This document shows positions 25,057 through 36,399 of a DNA stretch of 64,000 bases, one piece after another. This stretch comes from Eledone cirrhosa (taxonomy: Eukaryota), in the NCBI GenBank assembly GCA_964016885.1, contig OZ024744.1, forward strand, positions 123,008,001-123,072,000, read 5' to 3'. Both the position numbers and the translations under genes were made by a program. The notes under the pieces were generated by a model. The model was not told the origin of the DNA. It ran no database searches and saw only the letters and a program-made list of their open reading frames with translations. Numbering within the stretch: position 1 is the first letter of the stretch; each line of letters opens with the position of its first letter.

Positions 25057-27602
25057 AAAACGTTGCAACCGGAGGAAGACAGGAAGACGATACTTTGGTT
25101 CGTGGAAACGTTCCCTGGCAAAGAACGGCAAAAAACGAATATAATATGTCATTAATAGGAGCGGTGAAAAACAATTACGCGCAAAGACAGAACCACGTTT
25201 ATGGTATAAAAGAAGTCGTAGACTAATGTTCTCTTAGGTGGTTCATAGAGACGTTCTCAGGCAACTCCTCCATCACTTTACCACTTCTCCTTAGTGCTAT
25301 CAATTTCGCTAAAACACTCACAGTGGTTAAGGATTTCGAAGTTGATGTCATCCTCAATGCCCGTAAGTCGGTGATTAATTTCGACGACTCTATTTGGATT
25401 AAAAAATCCAATAGTACCCCATTCGACGTGAGTATGGGCGCCAGCGATTCTGCGGAGGTTACTGATCTTATCGGCCTTTTCCTTCTTTTCTCTATCAAGG
25501 ACGAATTCCCCAACGCGGGCGGTGGTTTGTACCGTGATGTTGGTCTTTTGACCATGACTAAGTGCGGACCTCGTGCTTGCGACAGGTTCAGAAAAGAACT
25601 CACGGCCTTCTTTAAAGGCTTCAACCTTTCTATACAGGTTGAGGCCAATCTCTCGGTCGTTAATTACCTCGACGTTACCCTCAATTTATCGAATGGGTTG
25701 TATTACCCGTATAGAAAGCCGAATGCTACGCTTAATTACATAAGTAAGCATTCCAACCATCCTGCCAGCATAACCAAAACCTGGTAAGAAACGTTTCGTT
25801 GAGGCTTTCCCGTCTATCTATTAACGAGCATATTTTCAACGACCATTCCACTTATTACAATGAAGCTCTTGCTCGGAGTGGATTTGTCGATAATGTAGCA
25901 TATACAGAGTACGAAAATAGACCTAAAAGTAATAGATCCAGTCGCATTTGTTGGTATAACCCACCATATAATATGGAGGTGGCCACACCATTAGCTAAGA
26001 TCTTTCTTTCCCTTATTACGAAGCATTTTTCCCCTACACATAAATATAGTAAAATTTTTAATAGAAATACTATTAAAATTTCTTACTCTACGACTCCTAA
26101 CCTTGCACATAACATCACAGCTTCAAATTTAGCTAAACTACCTAACCGTAGGAACACGTGCAACCCTGTAGTTAGTACTAACTGTAATTGTAAGAATCGG
26201 GTTGATTGCCCCCTATCCGGAAAATGCCTCTCTAGTAACATTGTCTACAAATGTAAGGTTGAAACACCCACGTCCCGTAGGGCCTACATAGGGTTAACCG
26301 CCAATAGATTCAAGCAGCGTCTTCACATGCATACCCATTCTTTTCGTTACCCTCTTAGAAGGAATATGACGTCACTTTCAGCTTATCTCTGGAGTCTAAA
26401 AGACAACCACACCCAATTTAAGTTACACTGGGAGATCCTAGCTAGGGCTAGATCGTGTAACGGAAATAAAAGACCATGTGACCTCTGCGCCGCTGAGGCC
26501 CTGGAAATACTCTACGCCACAGACCACATCTTAAACAAAAAATCTGAGGCAATTTCGGCTTGTAAAGATAAATTGCACAAAACTTTCCTGTATTACAGCC
26601 CCACATTATACTCTAACGGATAGTACGATCTATACGTGGATATTTTACGTCTTGATGTGGTAGCTAAGTATATGTTTTGTTTATACCATTACTATTTGCA
26701 TAGGTAAGTATATATTTGTTTCTACTTTAGGCACAAGGCCAGCAATTACCCAGTTCATTACTGGTACTTTATTTTATCGACCCCGTAAGGATGAAAGGCA
26801 AAGTCAACCTCGGCGGGATTTGAACTCAGATCGTAAAGGGACGTAACTATGCTGGAAAGCATGGCGTTCGACCCTCTACCGATACTGCCAATCCACCGCC
26901 TTGTATATATTACCTGTATGTATTACCTGTATGTTTTGTGAAGGTACGTATACTTTCTCATACGTATATTTGATTGATTATGTTATGGCGTATACATTTT
27001 TTATATATTCTGGTACATATGGTTTTTACATGTAGGTATGTGTGTGTGCTTGTTATATACGTATTTATTTATTTATATACGTTTATTTAATTATTTATTT
27101 GTATACACGCACACACACACACACACATATTTATATGCGTGTATACCTATGGTAAGTGTTTTGCGTATGCTTATGTATGTACGTATTTGCATGTGTGTAT
27201 ACATTTATTTAATTTCTATTACCCATGTATTGTATTTATTTAGTTTATTCTTAACTCTGAAGCGGAGATTAATTCGGTTTCCTAGTTAGAATTTAGTCTA
27301 CGACTTCAGCTATACCATTTACGTGGTTTTGTCTTTGCGTGCAATTGTTCTCCACGCTCCACATATGACGTATTATCTTCGTTTTTTCCGTTCATTGCCA
27401 GAGAACGTCTCTATGCACCACCTAAGAGAACATTAGTCTACGACTTCTTTTATACCATAAACGTGGTTCTGTCTTTGCGTGTAATTGTTTTTCACCGCTC
27501 CTATTAATGACGTATTAAATTCGTTTTTTCCCGTTCTTTGCCAGGGAACGTTTCCACGAACCAAAGTATCGTCTTCCTGTCTTCCTCCGGTTGCAACGTT
27601 TT
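25057..27602 (+). mobile_element. 5'-truncated Hydra-type PLE with 5' inverted pLTR segment
   Basis: 25057-25258 is the reverse complement of 27401-27602; ORF remnants FDVSMGASDSAEV, GLYRDVGL, NYLDVTL, SNHP, WYNPPY, CNCKNRVDCPLSGKC, YIG, CDLC; stop at 26623. Confidence 0.85.
26715..26900 (-). mobile_element. tRNA-derived SINE inserted in the PLE 3' region
   Basis: Minus strand gagttcaaatcccgccgaggttgactttgcctttcatccttacggggtcgataaaataaagtaccag with B-box. Confidence 0.8.
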
Positions 27603-27679
27603 GGGTCTTTCCGCTGGGAACAACCCCTTGTCCCCGCCCTCCCTTTTTTTGTGTACATCCATTCATTCATTCATTTACT

Positions 27680-30600
27680 GCCATTCTACCTTCCTGTGTC
27701 TCCCCCTCCATGCAGCCCCTTTTCGCTCTCGTTTTCTGGCACCTCCATATATATAGGTGAGCTATGCTGCCCTCTTACCAGCACTTTCCCTTCCATCCAC
27801 ACACACTAGCTACCCACCCCTGATGCCGCTCGGTGCCCCAATTTCCGGCCCCACCCCACCCCATCCAAATCGACACCTGCAGCACTTGCGGTACCACTAA
27901 CAAACGGAAGAGGGGCCGGAACTGTTTGGGGTGCAGCTGCTTCCACCACCTCACCTGCGTTGGCTTGACTCCTCGAGCTTCCAATACCCTCGCAGCGTGG
28001 AGGTGCAGGAGCTGCCTGTTCCCTACGTCTTCCCAGCCACGGCCGTCTGGCACACCACCAGATGGGACAGCGAGCTTGCTTGACACCCGAGCCTCGCTGG
28101 TCAACATCGCTCGGCTCAGGCGACTCCGGAAGATCCCACTCAGGATCCCGAGAGCGGCACGGGTGCTGGTAGCCGATGCCCTCGCTTCCTCGATTGAGAG
28201 CGCCCTGGACTCCAATCGAGCCAGTGACTGGGAGCGGCTGTTCTATTTCTCCCCACTCGCCCTCGGTCTCCCCAGCTCTGGCGCTGACCGGGGCGGCTGG
28301 TCAACAGCAGCCTTCGTCAAGGCCAATGTCTCGTCTTTTGGGCGAGCGCCCATTCCAAGCGTGCCCAGGGACGCCACCCCCCCACCCTAGGTACCCCCTA
28401 TCCTCCACCCCCGAGGTCAGCGCCAAGCGTTTGCGTGACCAGGTAAACGCAAAGCTTATCATGGGTGTTGTCTCGGCCGCAGTCAGAGTTGTTGCGGCTC
28501 AAACACCCTGAGCTACCCACTGATCTCAGACCCATACCCCCACCCGACCCCCCACCTGCTCCCTGCGGCTACTGATGCAGATATCATGTCCGCCATCAGG
28601 TCCTTCCCAGCTAGCAGCTGCGGAGGTGTTGATGGTCTCCGACCAGGCCACCTCAAGGAGTTGACATCCCCCCCTCTCCGCTGAGGCCGGGCGCCGCCTT
28701 CTGAGTGCAATTGTGGCGCTCACCAATAGGCTCATTCATGGTGCCCTCGACCCTTACGCCCGAGGCCTCTTTTTTTCGGCCAGCCTCACCGCTCTCAGGA
28801 AGAAAGAGGGTGGCATACGCCCCATTGCTGTGGGCAATGTCTTCCAGAGGCTGGCTGCCAAGGTGATCTGCAAGTCCGTAACACACAAACTGGATGAGGA
28901 GTTTAGTCCCGTGCAACTGGGTGTCGGCGTGTCCGGTTGCTGCGAGGGAGCCTCTCATGCAATCAGGCAGTTTTTCAGCAGCTGCCCATCGGTACCGGCA
29001 TCCAGGGACTCCAGGCACCTCATTGTCAAGCTTGACATGAGGAATGCCTTTAACTCTTTCCGCCGGAATCATCTGCTCGAGGCCTGCCTCAGCCGAGCCC
29101 CCTCTGCCTACCCGCTGGCCTACCTGTCATATGGAGCCCCGAGCATGCTCCTAGCTGCTGATACGGTCATACCCTCGGCTACTGGGGTCCAACAGGGCGA
29201 CCCTTTGGGACCCGTCCTGTTCGCCCTTGGTATTGACCACATCGCCCGGAGTATCACGGCCCCTCTCAACGTTTGGTATATGGATGATGCTACGTTGGGC
29301 GGGCCCGTACGGACGGTCTGCCAAGACCTTCAATCGGTGATTCCTGCCCTGGCGGGAATCGGCCTGCAGGTCAACTCGGAGGTGGTGAACGTCAGCCTCA
29401 ATGCTGTGAGCTTTGCAGCCTCCGCCTTGGACGTGCGGTCCATTCTCCGCAAGGTTAAGGTGACCCCAAAGAGGATGTCCTCATCCTCGGGTCACCGATC
29501 CACCCGCCGGCCATCCGCTCCACCATCAGGTCCAGGCTTCAACAGCTCCAGACTCTCACGAGCCAACTGGGCTTGATTGACGGCCACCCAGCTCGCTTTC
29601 TGCTGAGGAACTGCTTCGCCATGCCGAAGCTCCTCTATACACTCCGCAGCGCTCCATGCTACACCCAGACATCTCTCCTCGCTGACCTCGATACTTGTAT
29701 CCGAGCAGCAGCCGAGAGATATGCAACGTCAAGTTTGACGAGATAGGGTGGCAACAGGCCACTTTACCGGTCAGGTATGGCGGCCTAGGCCTCCGGTCCC
29801 CGATCTCACTTGCTTTGCCGGCGAATCTTTCGTCGGTAACCTCGTGCCGCGTCCTCGTCAGCAGGGTTCTTCAAAACACAACATAACCCTCTGTGTTCAG
29901 AGAACGTGAGGCCGCCTGTGAGACGTGGGACCGGCTGGGACTTAGCCTAGTAGATGTCCCTCCTCATTCTCCCCCTGTTGATGTCAAGTCCCCACAACGC
30001 ACTTGGGATGCCATCCAGTGCAGCCTGGCCTCAGACAGGCTCACGCGTCAGCTCGACCAGCACCGCCTTGCTTGTTTTCGTGCGACCTCCAAACCCCAGA
30101 GTGGTGCCTGGCTCCATGCTCTTCCCTCCTTCTCCACTGGCACGCAGCTAGACAACCATAGCCTGTGAATCGGCGTTTCCCTGAGGCTCGGCCTCCGGAT
30201 TTGCCAGCCACACCAATATCGCTGCGGTTCCACCGTGGACTCTTTCGGCCTCTACCCGCTTTCCTGTCGCCACAGTGCCGGCCGCATTCCATCCCATACT
30301 GCCCTCAACGAGGTCATTAAGCATGGCTTGGACGCTGCAGGCTTCCCTTCCCAGCTCAAGCCAGTGGGGCTGGATCGAGGGGACGGCAAAAGGCCAGATG
30401 GCATGACCATCTTCCCGTTCCGCAGTGGCAAACCCCTCGTCTGGGATCCCACTTGCACCGACACTTTCTGCAGCCGCAAGCTGGTGCAGTCTGCGACTGA
30501 CCCAGGTTCTGCTGCACGTCGGGCTGAGGGGACCAAACTCCTCAAATACCGGTCGCTCTCCGACAGGTTTGCGGTCGTTCCCCTGGCAGTGGAAACTTCT

Positions 30601-30800
30601 GGTATCCTCGGCCCCAGGGCTACCTCCTTACTCACCACCATAGGCGCTGAGCTGGCCAGCCGTAGGTGTGAGCCCCGCGAGTTGGAGTGGCTTTTCCAGC
30701 GCGTCTCCCTTTCCGTCCTCCAGGGAAACTCCTTCTCCATTCTGTCCGCCGAGGCTGTGGGTGGGCCCCATCGCGTACCAATACATTAGTTAAATACCAT
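27680..30800 (+). mobile_element. CRE-like RLE non-LTR retrotransposon (PHD finger, RT, restriction-like endonuclease), decayed
   Basis: C4HC3 finger at 27878-28015; LTALRKKEGGIRPIAVG, KLDMRNAFN, GVQQGDPLGP, WYMDD; LSCRH..H, KRPDG, WDPTCTDT, PLAVETSG. The 5' boundary is approximate. Confidence 0.85.
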
Positions 30801-30961
30801 TCTTTCATCCACCTAATATATACTTTCCATATTTTCCGGTTGATTAAAATGTTAAATATTATGTTTTGGGCGACTCCAAAGTCGAGAAAAGTTGTGGAAA
30901 AAAGCGAAAAAGGCTCAAGCTCACTACCACATACGTTTGAAAAGTATATAATAGATACATA

Positions 30962-31070
<109 letters not shown>

Positions 31071-31140
31071 AAAAAAAGATGAAATCGAAAATGCAACTGG
31101 AGTCTTATTTAAAAAATATATATATATATTTATTTGGTTC

Positions 31141-31177
31141 CTTTACCGGTTTCGCAGTTCTTCTGCTTTTCAAAAGT
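31141..31177 (-). ncRNA. Variant minimal hammerhead motif (UUGAAAA core) in PLE pLTR
   Basis: Minus strand ctt TTGAAAA gcag aagaa ctgc GAAAC CG GT A aag; palindromic ACCGGT stem III. Confidence 0.6.
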
Positions 31178-31283
31178 AGAGTTGAGATGGAGGGTCTGTG
31201 GTTTTTCTCACATCTGGTTGGTCTCTGAATGTTACTTGTTTTATATGGAAAATAGTGGCTCGAAACGCCAGGTTTTTAGAGGA

Positions 31284-31520
31284 GTAATTTGATTGGTTGG
31301 TCAATAAGTATAATAAATTTCGCGCCAGTTCGCGTTACAAAGTTTTTCAAACAAGGGGGGGGGGGCTCAGGTTGTTTTTTCATATATGAGTGTTTGAATT
31401 TCTTTTTACTTAAAAAAAGGGGCTCACGAAGGCTTTTTTTTTAATAAACGTAATTTGATTGGTTATAAAAATGAAATTATGGCTGTCACGTGAACAAGTT
31501 TTCATTAAAATTCGCGCCCG
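31284..31520 (-). promoter_or_regulatory. Cluster of CCAAT boxes and E2F-like sites in the PLE pLTR
   Basis: gtaatttgattggtt at 31284 and 31450; TTTCGCGCC 31318-31326; TTCGCGCCC 31511-31519; TTTGAA 31393; TCACGTGA 31486. Confidence 0.45.
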
Positions 31521-31752
31521 TATTTGGAAATTTATTTTGTAGCCTTTTTAGAGAATTTTATGACAAGCAAAAGATAATGGTCAAGAGAAATGGGATGGGA
31601 AAATTGTTCTGGTTCAGTGAATATGGTTAGTTCGCTGGGGTGTCAGAATTCAGATTTTCTATTGAAATAAAGAAAGTAAAGATATGTATGTTTATTTGTG
31701 TGCTTGTGTGTGTATAGGAAGATGATTCTATTAGTAGAAATGAGGGAGGGAG

Positions 31753-31753
<1 letters not shown>

Positions 31754-31843
<90 letters not shown>
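31754..31843. repeat. (GT)n microsatellite
   Basis: Direct reading. Confidence 0.95.
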
Positions 31844-31847
<4 letters not shown>

Positions 31848-32249
31848 GGTGTGTGTGTGTGGGCGTATGTTAAGATGGAGAGAATATATATATTTTGTGT
31901 GTGTGTATATATATGTGTGTAGGAAAGTGATTCTATTAGTAGAAATGGGGGAGGGAGTTGTGTGTGGGTGTTATGTGTGTGTGGGAGTATGGTTAGCATG
32001 TTAAGATGAAGAGAATATATATATATATATTGTGTGTGTGTGTAGGAAAATGATTCCTTTAGTAGGAATATTTTTGAATGAACATATTTTCCTCTACTTA
32101 TTCGTATTTGTTCTGTTGTATTGTCAGCGCAAACGTATGTTAAGGTTTATTTAGTTCGGGTTTTTATTTTCTAAAGTAGAAGGTGTTATGTGTGTGTGTA
32201 TGCGTCTGTTTGGATGGTTAGCATGTTATGGTGTTGACATAATGTATAT

Positions 32250-33935
32250 TAAACCATATTTAATGCTGGTCTATATTTTTGAATAAACATATTTTCCTTA
32301 TTTATTCGTATTTGTTCTGTTGTATAGTCAGCGCAAATGTAAAATGAGAAGACTTGTAATTTAGGTGTCTTATTACTTGCGCATATGTATAGATGTGCGC
32401 TTAGTTTGTCCTATATAATCTTCATTGCATCCTTTACATTTAATGGCATAAATTATATTTTTTGATGAGCAAGTGAAGTGATTCTTTACTGCAAAATTGT
32501 GTCCTGATTTAAATGTATACGTGTTGCCGTCAATGAGGTGAGTGCAGGTTCCACAATTAAAGCGACCGCATTTTTTGACAGTTGGTTGTGGGTTTGTGGT
32601 AGGTAATTTGGCATTGGTGAGTAATGTTTTCAGTGATTTCGGTTGTCTTTTGCTTTTGATTATTTTGTGTTTCAAGGGCTTTTTTCATTCTTGGATCTTG
32701 TTTTAGTAGTGGGATGTTCTTGTGAATAGTGTTGTAAGTTCCGCATTTCTTGGGTTGTGTGTTGAGATATATGATAGAATATTGGACGTACCTTGAATTT
32801 GTTTCTGTTTTCGTAATTCATCAATGTCTATTGCTTTAGCCCTTTCTATTCCATTATTTATTAGTAATGGTGGGTACTCTCTTTCGAGTAAAATTTCCTT
32901 TAATTCTTGAAGTCTTTTATTTCGCGTTTCATAATTGGAGACAATTGTGCAAATTCTTCTTGCTGGGTTAAAAGGAATGTGTTCGTCTTCGTGTGCTTTG
33001 GATGGTTGGAGGTGAATAGCAGGTATTGTTTGGAATCTGTTGGTTGGTAGTGTATGCCAGTTTCCATATTTGTGTCTTTTTTTAAGATTAAGATATCCAG
33101 AAATGGGAGTTGATCTTGGCTGTATTCCATTGTGAATTAGATGTAGTTATTGATGCCGTTTATTAAGTTTTTGAAATCCTTCAGTTGGTCGAGTGTGTGG
33201 GACCAAAGAATGAGACAATAATCCAAGTAGCGTTTCCAATTCTCTGATAAATATTTGTGGAAGTTCAATCCGTATTTTGATTTGGACTGTTCATATTATC
33301 TGGACTTCTAAGTATGCCATGACTAAGTTGGCATAAGTTGGAGCGGCTTTTGTACCCATCGCAGTCCCCGATATTTGCTTGTAAGTACTGCCATCGAAAT
33401 AAAAAAAGTTGTTCTGTAAGATAAATTTTAATCCCTCGGTGATGAAGCTTTTTTCTATTCTGTCAGGTATCTCATTGGGATATTTCTCTAGCCAGAATCC
33501 TATTGCTTCTAGTCCGTATTGGTGTGGGATCGTTGTGTAGAGATTCACTACATCGAAAGTCACAATAATAGTGTCGTTGATGACAAGTTTGGGGAGGTGG
33601 TTTAAGAGGTCCAGATCGTCTCTTACAAGGCTTGGTATGTGTTTGAGAATTGGTTTTAGGAGTATGTCTATAAAGTTGCTCAGTCTGTGTGTTTCACATT
33701 GTGGGCCCGCTACAATTGGTCTTAATTTAAGGTCTGTGGGGGTATTGTGTGTTCACGCAGGCTGAGGTGGATTGTTTACAGGCATCGTTAATTATTTTAC
33801 ACTTGTGGATCTTCGGAAGTCCGTAAAGGTTGCTGGTTTTGTATTTAAAATGTGTTAAATAATCGCGTTCATTTTTAGTTAAGTCTTCCTGGTATCGACA
33901 AATCAGTGTGTTTAAAATGGTCATTGTTTTTGATT
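32250..33935 (-). pseudogene. Second Neptune-type PLE ORF, 5'-truncated and frameshifted
   Basis: LYGLPKIHK, TFDVVNLYTTIP, GTAMGTK, LPFLDI, CGRFNCGTC, NIIYAIKCKGCNEDYIGQT. Confidence 0.88.
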
Positions 33936-34126
33936 GCTGGTAGTTTTTTACTCTTTCATAGTAATTAGTATTTCATTTACCAGTGGTTTCTTAAAAGCAA
34001 AAAAATTTGCTTTCAATCATCAGAATGAAAAAATCCTGGTGTATTTATTAGCGTTGGATTTTAAAAACAAAAATATAATCTATATGAAAGTGAAGCTGGA
34101 AAAGGAAGAAGGAAAGGAAAAATAAA

Positions 34127-34936
34127 AACACACATGCAAACACACACACACACACAAATATATACATACACATATATATATACATACACACATACACACA
34201 CACATACACACACACACACACACATATATATGTGTATATATATCCATACACATACACACACTCATACATACACACATAAATATCAACATTTCCATACATA
34301 CACATACATACAAATACACAAACGTGCATACACAGACACACATATATACATGCATATATATATATATACATAAACATATATACATACATACACATACATA
34401 CATATATATACACACGCACATATATATATATATTTATATATATATATATATATATATATACATACACATACATATACATACATATATACATACACATACA
34501 TACATACACACAATCAAACGTATATACACACGTACATACATACATAGACACATATATACACGTATACATACGCATGCACAAATATAGAAATATATACACA
34601 CACCTACATACTCACACACACAAATAAATATAAGAAAAAATATATAATAAAAAAATAAAAATAAAAATGAATATAAAGATTATTATAGTGTTCACAGCGA
34701 TACAGGCAACAAATAAATGAACAAACACACGTGGTAAGCAATACACACAATTGCACATACACATACATACGTAAAAATAAATACATACACATACTCTCAC
34801 ACATAAATATACATATACAAATACATAAACACATACATACATACATACATACATACATACATACATACATACATACATACATACATACATACATACATAC
34901 ATACATACACATACACATATACACACACACACACAT
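34127..34936. repeat. Complex (CA)/(TA)/(CATA)n microsatellite
   Basis: Direct reading. Confidence 0.93.
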
Positions 34937-34938
34937 AT

Positions 34939-35940
34939 GAAGTTGTACGGTGCAGCCCTACCGAACAGAAAAGCCTACCTCAAACAACTCATAGATGCTA
35001 CTAACTCGTTTATACGGAGAGTTAGATGGAAGGCCTACCACCTGGATAAGAACACCTTCCTGAACCTAAAGAGAGGTATGGCTTCAAAACATACCGAAAC
35101 CCACCGCACAACACCTTACTAGACTCCTTTGCGGAGGACCTGCTGAAAATGATCAGAAACATTAAGTTCAAAAAGAAACACCGATGCAGCAATCCATTCT
35201 TAACGTCCCTTGATACACTCATCACCAAGATCAAGAATGACCCACAGCTCTTCGTCACCTCTGACAAAACCAAGAAGCTGTACAAGATGGACGCGAGCAA
35301 GTATAAACAATTCATCTAGCTTAGAAATAGATAGGTACACAAACCTACATGTCCCTCTGACGCCTAGATTCTCTCTTAAGGATCACAAATGTAACTTTAA
35401 TGAAAGCCCCTCTATTAGACTAATATGTCCCTCTACATCTGATATAGGTAAGATTAGTAAAGAGATCCTCGATAGAGTACTACTGGAGTTTAATAGAAAG
35501 GCTAATGTCCGCCTCTGGAGCAACACCGACCAGGTCATAGATTGGTTCACCGAGTTGCAGGATAAAACGACCGTGAAATTCATCCAGTTTGACATAGATA
35601 GTTACTACGCCTCTATCTCCTCCATACTCTTAAATATGGCACTCATATTAGCTAAATCTAACACTAGCCTCACTAAAAAAGATATAGACATAGTTCTAGC
35701 GGCGCGTAGAACCATTATCCAGTTCGAAGGCTCCCACTGGACCAGAACCAACCGTCCTGATAACTTCGATATCACGATGAAGTCCAGCGACTCAGCGCAA
35801 GCAACTGACCTGGTCGGAATATACCTCCTCCATAAGCTTAGGGACGAGATACCGGCCCTACAAGGGAGTGTATATAGGGACGACGCCCTGTTTACCGTTA
35901 GGAACTATAGCCCTCGTAGGATAGAGAACCTTAACAAGCA
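34939..35940 (+). pseudogene. Hydra-type PLE, 5' half of RT ORF (interrupted by the Gypsy insertion)
   Basis: RRVRWKAY, SDKT, LKDHKCNF, RLICP, QFDIDSYYASI, FDITM, VYRDDAL. Confidence 0.85.
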
Positions 35941-36175
35941 TTTAGCAGTATTAGTTATAGATGTTATCGAGATACGAGTGACATAATAATTATTTCAACA
36001 GCAGAAATTAGAGATGAAATATACGTTTATTTTTTGATGTAGCACAAACAATGGTGTTGTACAGAGGCTGGTTTCTTGCGTGTGATCAGTCGGCTTTCCA
36101 GTGGCTGTCTGTCTTTTCTTTCTGGCGTTCTCAACCGGCGTTGTTCTATCAAGGAGCGTGAGGCGTCTTACTACA
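35941..36175 (-). repeat. 3' LTR
   Basis: By eye matches 41213-41452 except two substitutions and one 5-bp duplication (gtaca). Confidence 0.92.
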
Positions 36176-36399
36176 GTACCTCGAGCCAGATTTTCAAATT
36201 ATCCAAAATCGATGTCATTACTCACATGTGGAGTAAGATGGAGAACAATGCAACAAGGGGGAGCTATCCGCTCTAGCAAAAATTGAATCCAGAATAAGGA
36301 TTTGAAAAATGTTAAAAAAAAAACGACATGCATGCATAAAAAAACAAGGCAAAGAAAAAGAAGAAACACAGAGGCAAAAAAAGGTGCAGCTAACATAGT

